Source of the DNA: a virus
Taxonomy: Duplodnaviria > Caudoviricetes
IMG/VR virus record: IMGVR_UViG_3300002307_000055
Location: 460 to 64,459 of that record
Reading direction: 5' to 3' (one strand)
Length of the DNA stretch: 64,000 nt
Made by a program: the position numbers and the translations under genes. Below are positions 8,631-17,924 of this stretch, one piece after another. Below the pieces are notes generated by a model. That model did no database searches. It was not told the origin of the DNA and worked only from the letters and a program-made list of their open reading frames with translations. Numbering within the stretch: the stretch's first letter is position 1; each line of letters opens with the position of its first letter.

Positions 8631-8773
8631 CAAAGGTCGAAAGACCGAAGGAAATATTGTAGATTTTTCATTGTAGTAGCGGTGAATAATCATTAAGTTA
8701 CGGGGATGGGAACATCCTTCCCCATTAACCAACGCCCGAATAGCTACTACTATATCGGGCGTTTGGCGTTTAT

Positions 8774-9046
8774 ATGAAGTCACCAAAAGAAATATTTACC
8801 GAATTACAGTTAGGTAAATTTAATGATGAAACAAAACATGTTTTAGAACTGATTGCCCATTTTGGTAAGTCATATCAAATAAAAGATGGGGAATGTCGTG
8901 CTGGATTTAGGCTAGAAAATGAAAGCCCCCAAAGGTACTTTACCATTCATTTCACAGGATTAGCAACTAATCCTAAAATAAAAGTAGAGGAAGTTTCATT
9001 GTTTCAATATTCAAAAGAAAACTGGGCTGGCGGAAATTTGAACTGA
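8774..9046 (+). CDS. hypothetical protein
   Basis: 90-aa ORF. Confidence 0.65.
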   Translation: MKSPKEIFTELQLGKFNDETKHVLELIAHFGKSYQIKDGECRAGFRLENESPQRYFTIHFTGLATNPKIKVEEVSLFQYSKENWAGGNLN

Positions 9047-9356
9047 CCTGACCTGACATAAAAGGCAGTTGGGCGGGATTTTAAGCCACTAGCGACTGTC
9101 TTATAGCACTACTAGGGGAATGATGCAAAGTGCAACGGCGGGACAACAGAATGAGCCGTAGGACATCAGAGGTGGTTATACAAGCCTCACAGTTGATTCT
9201 TAGTCTGAGATACTATAACTTGTCTCAGATTGCTTGTAAGGGGCTAATTCCACACTCGGAGTTGTCTTTCCGTACAGTAGGTCATAACCTTTAAAGTTTT
9301 GCGACTTTTTAGGAATGACTAACTGTGCGAGGTCGGAGCGTCAAGCCACTTCGGTG
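9043..9356 (+). ncRNA. putative large structured RNA of unknown class
   Basis: ORF-free on +; at least 8 stems found by eye, closed by end pairing CTGACCT/AGGTCGG; UUCG-capped hairpin. Confidence 0.5.
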
Positions 9357-9385
9357 TTAAGTATAAAGTAAGAGAATAGAGAGAT

Positions 9386-9571
9386 ATGCAGATAACAACA
9401 AACATACTAGAGCAAGGTAAGAGCATCAACAACGGATGGAATAGAAAGGCAATAAACAACTCAAACAAGGATGCAGAATTTGATTTACTTGTGTTACGGA
9501 GTAACGCCATTTTTCCCACTGTTCTGCACCAGAATTGGTTAAGGGAATTGAATATTGAGTTGCCTGAATAA
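9386..9571 (+). CDS. hypothetical protein
   Basis: 61-aa ORF with purine-rich leader. Confidence 0.5.
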   Translation: MQITTNILEQGKSINNGWNRKAINNSNKDAEFDLLVLRSNAIFPTVLHQNWLRELNIELPE

Positions 9572-9744
9572 ATTTTACCTGATATATAAATACCCAATCT
9601 AAAACATACATACAAAGTCTTGGTCTATTTGTACCGTAAGTAAATGAGGGTAATAATCTTCTCTTGTGTACTTTAAAAATACGCATGACTTTAGAATTTA
9701 ATTATTAAATTTGCTATGTCTCCCCAGACAAACAAAAAAAAATC

Positions 9745-9784
9745 AAGTCATGTAAGCCCCAAATAAATAGGGCTTACATGACTT
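9745..9784. repeat. perfect 15-bp inverted repeat with 10-nt loop
   Basis: AAGTCATGTAAGCCC-caaataaata-GGGCTTACATGACTT. Confidence 0.9.
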
Positions 9785-9824
9785 AGATGAAATTTATTGT
9801 CTTTCTCAGGGACTTGTAAATTTA

Positions 9825-10046
9825 ATGATTAAATCTTATATAGTCATGACAGACAATAATTCAACCAAACATCTTAAACGCAATCCACCATCGGAGGCAA
9901 TGAAAAGCTTTAAGCCTTTCTTAGAATTTACTGTTAGCGGGATAGTCGGACAGAAAGGAGAAATAACATCTGTAATGGTTCATGATAAAAAATTAGTAGC
10001 TTCAATTTTTGGCAATAGTTCTTCAAAAGACGGCAACTTGGTTTGA
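9825..10046 (+). CDS. hypothetical protein
   Basis: 73-aa ORF. Confidence 0.5.
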   Translation: MIKSYIVMTDNNSTKHLKRNPPSEAMKSFKPFLEFTVSGIVGQKGEITSVMVHDKKLVASIFGNSSSKDGNLV

Positions 10047-10205
10047 ATGTTACTAATACCTACTTTATAAACCATTTCTGAACTAAAGGTAGAATGTAAA
10101 CACCTTGTTGCATGATATATCCTATCAAATAGAAACTCGATACATGAGAAGTTAGATATACTAGATAAGATTTACCAAACTTTTTAAAACATAAATAGTA
10201 TTTAT

Positions 10206-10213
10206 TACCTTTG
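10206..10213 (+). promoter_or_regulatory. TAnnTTTG promoter of the packaging operon
   Basis: TACCTTTG with ATG 5 nt downstream. Confidence 0.65.
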
Positions 10214-10217
10214 ACGT

Positions 10218-10439
10218 ATGAGTGAAGGAAAGTCAGGTAAAGGAGGCAAGGGTGGCAGCAAAGGCAAGTCAAGCGCACCATCAAAAGGCACAAGTGCTAA
10301 ATCAGGTGCAAAGACAGGCAATCATGCTACCAATGGTAGTAAGCCATCAGACCATCCCGACAATAAGATAATTAGGAAGATGGTAGAACACCCACAACCT
10401 CACGTACACTCTATTCCTTCACATCTAAACGGGTTGTAA
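10218..10439 (+). CDS. small K/G/S-rich basic protein
   Basis: MSEGKSGKGGKGGSKGKSS...; precedes the TerS candidate. Confidence 0.7.
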   Translation: MSEGKSGKGGKGGSKGKSSAPSKGTSAKSGAKTGNHATNGSKPSDHPDNKIIRKMVEHPQPHVHSIPSHLNGL

Positions 10440-10440
10440 G

Positions 10441-11055
10441 ATGCTGATTGATGTACGATATGAGAAACCAAACCGTTTTTTCGTGGATGAGAATACGGCA
10501 AATGCGATTCCTGAGATACGGGCAGTCCTAAATAAACCGTCTCAGGGAGTAGAAGCAGTTGTGGTCATTGTCTACATGGTTGACCCACTTTCTCCCGTTG
10601 TTGAAGCATTTGAGGGCAATCCCGAAAGAATAAAAAAAGAAGCGTTCAGGTCAGTCTATAAAGATAAATTTGATATTGATGATTTCTTTAGTGCGCCGGG
10701 TATTCAGGAAGCTATAAACACCTATAAAGAATGGTGCGATACGTCAACTGCTAGAATGATTAAGCAGTCTAAGGAAATAATAGTTTCTACTATGGATAAC
10801 CTTCATGCAATAGCCACAGGGGGCTTACACGTGACGGAAGATGGCATAGAGAGTAAGACAGGCGAAATGAAGGTGACAGAATTAATAAAAGCCATTCAGT
10901 CAGTACCTTCACTGATTAAAGACTATGTGGGTGCAAGGGCTGTCCAACAGTTAGATACTCAGGACGTAAAAGCAAAAGTGAAAGGTGAAACACCATTGAC
11001 TAGAGGTGAGCAGAGGATGATATCTAATCAGACAGCGAAGAAGAAAGGTAAATAG
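10441..11055 (+). CDS. probable terminase small subunit
   Basis: Helical 204-aa protein immediately upstream of TerL. Confidence 0.55.
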   Translation: MLIDVRYEKPNRFFVDENTANAIPEIRAVLNKPSQGVEAVVVIVYMVDPLSPVVEAFEGNPERIKKEAFRSVYKDKFDIDDFFSAPGIQEAINTYKEWCDTSTARMIKQSKEIIVSTMDNLHAIATGGLHVTEDGIESKTGEMKVTELIKAIQSVPSLIKDYVGARAVQQLDTQDVKAKVKGETPLTRGEQRMISNQTAKKKGK

Positions 11056-11086
11056 GGCAGTGCAGGCAAACCGATAAAGGGTTTAA

Positions 11087-12952
11087 ATGCAGCAATACAT
11101 AGCAAAAAATTTCTACGGTAAGTTTTCACCCGTAGTAAAATATGGCATACCCGACTATGACCGTGATAGCGAAGCATGGGACAAATGGATAGAGGAACAG
11201 CTATACTATTTTCATAATGGCTTTGACGCGGGAGGTGACCATATCACAGGTAGGCTATATTGGAAACTCAACTTTACCAAGATTTTAATTTCAAATGATG
11301 AAGGGTATAAACGCCCTGCAAGTCCATATTATGTAGACACCCAAAGGGAGCTATATGATATGATAGACCATTGTATGAAAGTCAGTGGTGAGGATATATT
11401 TGTAGCAAAGGCGCGGGATAAAGGATTTACCGATGATATAACGGCACTGGCATCGTATGAAACTATGTTACAGCCGTTCTCAGAAACATTAGCTTTATTT
11501 CCCGGTGGTCAATCCAAAGCCTTAGAAGGATTCAATAAAAAGTATAACCTCACATTAGATAATCTGATTGAGGATTTTAAGCATCATGCGGGTATAAAAG
11601 ACAGCATAGCCATTAAGCATTATGGCAGGATAGACCAAGAAACAGGCGCACACTTAGGCATACAAAGCACACTGACCACACTAAAGGCGGTGGATTCCGA
11701 TGTGGGTAAGGGCGGTAGGTATAAACTGATTCTTGTAGATGAGTTTGGTGAAATTGAGGACCCGCTAAAGCTGATAGAAACCAACCGAGCCAACTTGCGT
11801 GAGGGTATAAAGAAATTCGGTATTCATATATGCGGTGGAACATCAAATGCCTTTAGCCCGACAGGGTACAGGGATTTCAGGAAGCTAGTCAGAAAGTCGG
11901 AAGAAATGGGCTTTAAGTTTCTGTTCATCCCTGCTCAAAAAGCCTATTGGGGTTGTGTGAACTTGGAGACAGGCGAAAGTGATACCGAGAAAGCATATGC
12001 CGACATTAAGAAGATAGGCAAGGATAAGACAGGTCAAGACCTGATGATATACCAACAGAACTACCCTACGAGCATAGATGAAATGCTCATGGTCATATCG
12101 GGCAGTCCTTTCAACTCAGCACATATAGAAACTCAGAAATCACGGATAGAGACTGATAAAGCTATGCAGGCGCAGATACAGACAGGCGACCTTGTGTATA
12201 GAAATGGCAAAGTGAAGTTTGAACTTAACCCTAAAGGATGGTGGAAGATATACAGGCATCCCGACAAGTCACTAGAATATAGCGATGTGATAGCGATTGA
12301 CTCATATAGGCTATCAGATGTAAACAAGTCAGAGATAGTATCTAAGGGTGCTATCATTGTACGCCGTTGTTTTCAGGGTATAAATAAGGAAGGGAGTATG
12401 ACCATAGCGATACTCAGGGAGCGTCCTGATGATAAGGATGAGTTTTTCGCTGAATGTATAAAGGCTGAATTATATTGGAACGCACAGGCACTTATAGAAT
12501 ACACCGACCAAGATATTATGAAGTACCATGAAGAACATAAGATGGTCAAGTATGTGTATAAACGCCCTGCGGTATTGGAGGAAATAGGTAGACCGTCATT
12601 CAGCAAGGCTAACTATAAATATGGCGTAAAACCTTCACCCGAAGCAAAACGTAGAGGGCTAGAAATAGCAGTCAAGGAATTTAACCATACATGGGAAAAT
12701 GAACCATTTATTGAAGTGTTGGAAGATTTGAATAACTTTACAGACGAAAACGTGGATTTAGGTATGTGCTATATGTGGTCATGTGTTCATGCTTTGGATA
12801 GGGTGTCAGACGCACCGAGAGAGGCAGCAAGGGACGCATCATTTATCCCACATAGGGTACGGCTTAAATCAGGACAGGTAATGTTCGTGACATCACGAAA
12901 ACAGTATAATGCCCTAAAAGGGATGCCAGTACAGGCGGGAAATCTTTATTAA
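11087..12952 (+). CDS. terL: terminase large subunit, crAss-like type
   Basis: HITGRLYWKLNF N-terminus, Walker A region AKARDKGFT, Walker B LILVDEFGE, GGT coupling motif, nuclease domain IAIDSY...SKGA. Confidence 0.92.
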   Translation: MQQYIAKNFYGKFSPVVKYGIPDYDRDSEAWDKWIEEQLYYFHNGFDAGGDHITGRLYWKLNFTKILISNDEGYKRPASPYYVDTQRELYDMIDHCMKVSGEDIFVAKARDKGFTDDITALASYETMLQPFSETLALFPGGQSKALEGFNKKYNLTLDNLIEDFKHHAGIKDSIAIKHYGRIDQETGAHLGIQSTLTTLKAVDSDVGKGGRYKLILVDEFGEIEDPLKLIETNRANLREGIKKFGIHICGGTSNAFSPTGYRDFRKLVRKSEEMGFKFLFIPAQKAYWGCVNLETGESDTEKAYADIKKIGKDKTGQDLMIYQQNYPTSIDEMLMVISGSPFNSAHIETQKSRIETDKAMQAQIQTGDLVYRNGKVKFELNPKGWWKIYRHPDKSLEYSDVIAIDSYRLSDVNKSEIVSKGAIIVRRCFQGINKEGSMTIAILRERPDDKDEFFAECIKAELYWNAQALIEYTDQDIMKYHEEHKMVKYVYKRPAVLEEIGRPSFSKANYKYGVKPSPEAKRRGLEIAVKEFNHTWENEPFIEVLEDLNNFTDENVDLGMCYMWSCVHALDRVSDAPREAARDASFIPHRVRLKSGQVMFVTSRKQYNALKGMPVQAGNLY

Positions 12953-12961
12953 ATTGTTACA

Positions 12962-15229
12962 ATGACAGAAACGGGCGCGGTACTTTATAAGCCATCGAAT
13001 GTAGTCCCTGAGACAGCAGCAGCGCGTCAGGCATGGATGGAGTCATGGAACAACTACATGGCATGGAGCGCATACAGGTGTTTCATCTATGAGCGCGATA
13101 CGCTGCCAATCCTATATGCACAGGGCAATATCCCGCAGTCGGAAACGGAACACATCACAGAGATGTTCACACAGACAGGAAATCAAAAGGGCGACCTCAC
13201 ACCCGTACTTCCTGCCGTCATGGGCGACTATAATTATATATTAACATTTGTTAACAAAATACTTGCTCGTGCATTGTCGAATGACATTGTTTTCAATGCG
13301 TCCGTAGCCGATGAAACAGCAATAGTAGATAAGCTCGATGAGGTAAGTCATAAGATAGCCGACCAGCTCACACGCCTAGTCAGGCAGCAGTCAGGCATAC
13401 ATCAGCAGATAGGTACACCGCTAGTCAAAGGTGACGATGTAGAGAAGGTAGATGTAGAGAAGATAAAAGATATGAGCTTCGCTTCTGAGCTTGTAGATAG
13501 CGAAATAGCCGTCAACAAGGCTATGGCATGGCTCATGGGCGATAAGTCTTTATTCCTGCAACATAAGCTGATACATCAGATACTATATAACTACGCTTGT
13601 ACGGGTAAAATGGCAGGTGAAGTATATGTCAGGGAAGGTAAGCCAGACATCATACCTATACCGTCAGCACAACTTGTATATGACCTGTATAGCTATTCTC
13701 CATTTGTCCACATGGGAGATATGGCAGGACATTGGTGTTATGCCACACCGCAGGAAATAGCGGGTATGTGTCCAAGACTTACACCTGAACAATTAGAGAA
13801 GCTAGAGGCAAGGGTACAGGGCTTCGGGGCTAACAGTCAGTTGAACCCGCCTATCACACCCGGTAATATGTGGTTTTATAATAACGGTCAGACCAATGGC
13901 AGGACACAACTACCATATAGAACCATAGTATTCAGGAACTATTGGAAGGGTATAAAAAATCAAAGGGCGATAATTACGCCTAATCTCATTGATGAATCAA
14001 ACCCACATATTGAGTATATCAAAGAGGGTGATACACCTGTACTCGATGAAGAAAAAGGACAATATTTCGATACTATACCAAAGAATGTAGTTTATAAGGG
14101 TACACGGGTAACAGACCTATATCATTATGAGCTAGAGGAAATGGAAGGAAGGACAGAGCTACCGATAATAGGCTTTGTAGATAATGTGCCGTCTCCCGTA
14201 CAGACCATGATGCACGTACAGCGTATGATAGCAGAGGCTATGTATGTAAGTGAAAGGCTTATGGGTCAGATAAAGGGCAATATTATATGGCTAGATAAGG
14301 CAAACCCTGATGATACACTAGAGAACCTTGCTAGTATGTTTGGATATGGCATAGGTTACTATGATAGTAGCAAGGAAGGAGTTATACAGAACTTCGGCGG
14401 TCAGCAGAATAACAACATACCGCGTCAAACAGATATGGCAGCCTCGGCAGGGCTAGGCGATATAATGAGGTATATGATGATGCTCAAAGGTATCATGCAA
14501 GACCTCGTAGGAAGTAGTGATGCAGCAGAGGGCAAGATTAAGTCAGACCAAACAGTAGGGGCTACTAAAAACTCTACGATACAGTCACAGCTATCTATGC
14601 AGGCTTATTTCGATAAGTGGTTCACTACGGTAGAGATGTTCGGTCAGGGTTTATGTGATGAACTTAAATCAGCATGGAGTGGTCAGGAGAAACAACTTTT
14701 AATCATGGGATTGAAGGGCGCAGAGTATTTTAAAATAAAGCCCGAAGATTTCAGTCCTGACACCAAGCATATCATACGTATAGGAAACTCAGTGCGCTCG
14801 GATGAAATAAGGCAGATGGTCATAGGCATGGCTCAACAAATATTGCCTATTGCTAAAGACCCTGATATGGCATTGACTATTATCAAGCTCGTAGAAAGCC
14901 ATAGCGGTGCAGAGGCGGTGCAGATATTCACTAAGGGTGTAGAGGCTATGAACAAGCTAAAGGCACAGTCTGAACAGTCCCAACAAGCACAGGCAGGTCA
15001 AGCCCAACAGTCAGCTATGCAGATAGAGAAGATGAAGGACGCGAGAGAGGATAAGAAACTGCTTAATGAAAAAGAAATAGCTTTAGCCAAAATAGCAAGT
15101 CAGGAATTAATTGAAAATAATAAGTTGACTCATAAGGGCGATGAACAAGAAATAGCACACGATTTGGCTATAAAAGAAAAAATATTTGACGAGTTACTTG
15201 GAAATCAAGAAAATCCTGTATCTTCGTAA
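12962..15229 (+). CDS. portal protein
   Basis: 755 aa after TerL; Gln-rich coiled-coil C-terminal barrel typical of podovirus portals. Confidence 0.85.
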   Translation: MTETGAVLYKPSNVVPETAAARQAWMESWNNYMAWSAYRCFIYERDTLPILYAQGNIPQSETEHITEMFTQTGNQKGDLTPVLPAVMGDYNYILTFVNKILARALSNDIVFNASVADETAIVDKLDEVSHKIADQLTRLVRQQSGIHQQIGTPLVKGDDVEKVDVEKIKDMSFASELVDSEIAVNKAMAWLMGDKSLFLQHKLIHQILYNYACTGKMAGEVYVREGKPDIIPIPSAQLVYDLYSYSPFVHMGDMAGHWCYATPQEIAGMCPRLTPEQLEKLEARVQGFGANSQLNPPITPGNMWFYNNGQTNGRTQLPYRTIVFRNYWKGIKNQRAIITPNLIDESNPHIEYIKEGDTPVLDEEKGQYFDTIPKNVVYKGTRVTDLYHYELEEMEGRTELPIIGFVDNVPSPVQTMMHVQRMIAEAMYVSERLMGQIKGNIIWLDKANPDDTLENLASMFGYGIGYYDSSKEGVIQNFGGQQNNNIPRQTDMAASAGLGDIMRYMMMLKGIMQDLVGSSDAAEGKIKSDQTVGATKNSTIQSQLSMQAYFDKWFTTVEMFGQGLCDELKSAWSGQEKQLLIMGLKGAEYFKIKPEDFSPDTKHIIRIGNSVRSDEIRQMVIGMAQQILPIAKDPDMALTIIKLVESHSGAEAVQIFTKGVEAMNKLKAQSEQSQQAQAGQAQQSAMQIEKMKDAREDKKLLNEKEIALAKIASQELIENNKLTHKGDEQEIAHDLAIKEKIFDELLGNQENPVSS

Positions 15230-15243
15230 TCGAAAGACAACAT

Positions 15244-16191
15244 ATGTTCAAAGCATTTAACAAGGAAAGTGACGGTGGAGGGGCAGTAGAACCCATACAA
15301 TTTAATATTGACTTGGGCGAAGATGCCCCCGCACCAAAAGAAGGTGAGGCAGGCTATGTAGCTCCCACACCCGTAGTCATACCTCCCGCTAAGAAATATG
15401 ATTTTTCTTCTTTCAAGGAAATAGATTCCGAAATCAATGAAGATAACTTTATTGAGCGTGTCGCCCCGAAACTCAAAGGCTACAAAGACCTTGAAACAAA
15501 AGTCAAGGAACTTGAAGTACTTGCCGCAGGTCGTGACCTCATAGATAATAACGAGAACATCAACCGCCGTAATAACCTTATCAAAATGTCTGATGAGGAT
15601 TTGTACTATTCTGATTCGGTATGGCAGTATATGAATACTGACGGCTTATCAAAAGAAGCTGCTGAAAAGAAAGCAAGCGATAAGTTAGCCGACCTGACAG
15701 AGAAAAACAAATATGCCATCGAGGAAAAGGCACAGAAGATACGTGCTGACCTGAAAGGATGGAACGCCAAAGACACTCAGGAAATTCTTGAAAGCCAAAA
15801 ACAGGCAAGAGAGAAAAACAGGCAAGCTGAACCTGACACCAAAAAAAGGTCATCAAGCGTTCTTGAATCCATAGACAAAGCAGAAAGTGTTTTTGATATG
15901 GTATTCCCTAAAGAAGAAGCACTAAAAAGCAAGGTGGATGCAGCGATAAAAGCACCCGCCCGTCAGTATATAGAATCAGGTCAATTTGAAAAAGATTTGA
16001 ACGACCCTGATTTCTTGGCGCAAATTGCTATCTTTGGTGCGAACAAGAAAAGGGTATTGGAAAACTTAGCACAAAAACAACCTTCTAAATCTGCCGCAAG
16101 TGGCGCAGGCAGGAATATAGCTAACACTCCACATATACCACCAAGACAAACAACAGGCTTCGGTCAAAAACCAGCTAACACATACAAATAA
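15244..16191 (+). CDS. capsid scaffolding protein
   Basis: Acidic coiled-coil protein between portal and capsid. Confidence 0.65.
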   Translation: MFKAFNKESDGGGAVEPIQFNIDLGEDAPAPKEGEAGYVAPTPVVIPPAKKYDFSSFKEIDSEINEDNFIERVAPKLKGYKDLETKVKELEVLAAGRDLIDNNENINRRNNLIKMSDEDLYYSDSVWQYMNTDGLSKEAAEKKASDKLADLTEKNKYAIEEKAQKIRADLKGWNAKDTQEILESQKQAREKNRQAEPDTKKRSSSVLESIDKAESVFDMVFPKEEALKSKVDAAIKAPARQYIESGQFEKDLNDPDFLAQIAIFGANKKRVLENLAQKQPSKSAASGAGRNIANTPHIPPRQTTGFGQKPANTYK

Positions 16192-16266
16192 TCCAATCAG
16201 GGGATTATTTTAACAATCAGGACAGTGCAGGTTAAATAGGAATTAAAAACCTTTTAATCAAAAAAA

Positions 16267-17733
16267 ATGCAAATAGTCACTGGTATCGTAACGGATACAC
16301 CCACCTCAGAAAATACGCTCGTAGCCGCAACCGTAGCGTTCCCAAACATCAACAAGCATATGATTCGCTTTCAGGCGGATAGCCAGCAAATATGGCTTGT
16401 GAATTACACAATGGGACATGGAGCAATCCTAACCGACCCATCAAAGCTGCCCAATGGCGGAGGCACAACACACCGTAACTATATGTCATGGTATCGTATG
16501 GGGCCAGCACGTAGGGCTTTGCACGTAACGGCTCTACCAACAGGTAACGGCCTGAACAACGCCAACATCACATTTCAGTTTGCGGAAAACTGGTTGTCTA
16601 TCGGCTTGGTACTCCTGTTCCAAGACGGACAAGGTGGTGGTACGAACATCGTAATCACAGGCGGTCCTACTCCTAACGCTGGGAACTTCGACTACACAGG
16701 CAAGATAGTAGGCTCGGCAACGGCTACATTCAACCCTGCACTCGCGCAAGTAGGTCAGACAGTAGCATGGTCAGGCGGTGCGGTAGCAGCCTGCGGAAGT
16801 GTGGTGTCAACAATACCTGTCGTTTATCCTGATGAGTTCACCAACTATACTACCAAGTTTAGCATGGGTCAACAAGTTTGTGATACAGGTATCATGACTA
16901 AGACATGGATAGAGTTTGAGAACGGCGAAAGGTGCTGGCTCTATGAGCAGGACTTCCAAGCCCGTAATCAACTGCTCAAGTCTTTTGAATCTCAGGGATG
17001 GTGGGGTACTACCACGATGGCTACTGGCACATCGAACCTGACAGATGCCACAGGCAACCCTATCGTAACAGGTAGCGGCGTGTTTGAGCAACTGCAAACA
17101 TCGTACACCGTCACATACAACATCGCTGCGGCATACAACCCCGCTACTCAGGCTGTGTTCCTCGCGTCTTTCCGTAACTCAATCGAGAATTGGGCTATTG
17201 ATAACGCTATCACTGCCGACAAAATAAACCTGAACTGCGTATGCGGTACAAAAGGTTTCTCACTGCTCCAACAAGTTCTGCAAGCATACGCCGTACAACT
17301 CGGTGAGCGTGTAGTCATAGACTACCAAAATGCTGCCGATAAGGAAATCATATCAGGTACAAACGTCAACATGTACCGTTTCGCAGGTTTCACAATCACC
17401 CTCATCAAGAACTGTGCATGGGATGATGAAGGAACAAACGGTGCAACATACCTCACAACAACTATCCCGCAAGCATCATTCACACTGATGGTAATGCCTG
17501 AAACACTCACAGACGGTCAGCCTCCTATACAGGTGTACTTCCGTGATGGAAACGGTGTAGAAGCAGGATGGGTAGCAAGGTATATCCCCGGTACTGTAAA
17601 TCCTCTCGACCCCGGCGCAATGGGTATGGCTAACACAGTCAACAGTCAGGATGGATTCAATGTATATTACAAGTCGGAATATATGTTTATAGTTCCAGAT
17701 CCTGCGAAGATACTTCGTTGGTCTGGCGTATAA
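16267..17733 (+). CDS. major capsid protein
   Basis: 488 aa after scaffold, followed by a strong terminator; C-rich biased codon usage. Confidence 0.85.
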   Translation: MQIVTGIVTDTPTSENTLVAATVAFPNINKHMIRFQADSQQIWLVNYTMGHGAILTDPSKLPNGGGTTHRNYMSWYRMGPARRALHVTALPTGNGLNNANITFQFAENWLSIGLVLLFQDGQGGGTNIVITGGPTPNAGNFDYTGKIVGSATATFNPALAQVGQTVAWSGGAVAACGSVVSTIPVVYPDEFTNYTTKFSMGQQVCDTGIMTKTWIEFENGERCWLYEQDFQARNQLLKSFESQGWWGTTTMATGTSNLTDATGNPIVTGSGVFEQLQTSYTVTYNIAAAYNPATQAVFLASFRNSIENWAIDNAITADKINLNCVCGTKGFSLLQQVLQAYAVQLGERVVIDYQNAADKEIISGTNVNMYRFAGFTITLIKNCAWDDEGTNGATYLTTTIPQASFTLMVMPETLTDGQPPIQVYFRDGNGVEAGWVARYIPGTVNPLDPGAMGMANTVNSQDGFNVYYKSEYMFIVPDPAKILRWSGV

Positions 17734-17756
17734 TACGCATAGATAAAATAAGAAAT

Positions 17757-17784
17757 ATAAAGGCAATCTTCGGGTTGCCTTTAT
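17757..17784. terminator. bidirectional intrinsic terminator after the MCP
   Basis: ATAAAGGCAATC-TTCG-GGTTGCCTTTAT. Confidence 0.85.
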
Positions 17785-17882
17785 TCATTAGGGAAGTTGA
17801 GAACGGCAAACTCTTTGTGTATTTCCTTTTCTTTTTTATCGTATGCCTTTGCTGCTTCTACCTCGTCTTTGAAGTTTCCGAA
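17781..17882 (-). pseudogene. AP2-domain relic of an HNH-AP2 homing endonuclease
   Basis: Minus-strand frame reads FGNFKDEVEAAKAYDKKEKEIHKEFAVLNFPNE*, the AP2 C-terminal signature; no start codon and no HNH part. Confidence 0.75.
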
Positions 17883-17898
17883 AGTTTTATTATTTTTG
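17868..17898 (+). promoter_or_regulatory. promoter TTTG-N19-TATTTTTG
   Basis: Consensus match upstream of 17925. Confidence 0.7.
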
Positions 17899-17924
17899 GG
17901 AACAGAATTAAAAAATAAAACACA

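Noticed and set aside
8631-8770. Theta/HDV-like ribozyme after the tRNA
   Set aside because: I could not build the nested double-pseudoknot (P1, P1.1, P2, P3, P4) from the tRNA 3' end; kept only as a generic structured RNA.
17718-17918. 66-aa + strand ORF after the MCP
   Set aside because: It spans a terminator and a promoter; the minus strand explains the sequence as an AP2 relic.
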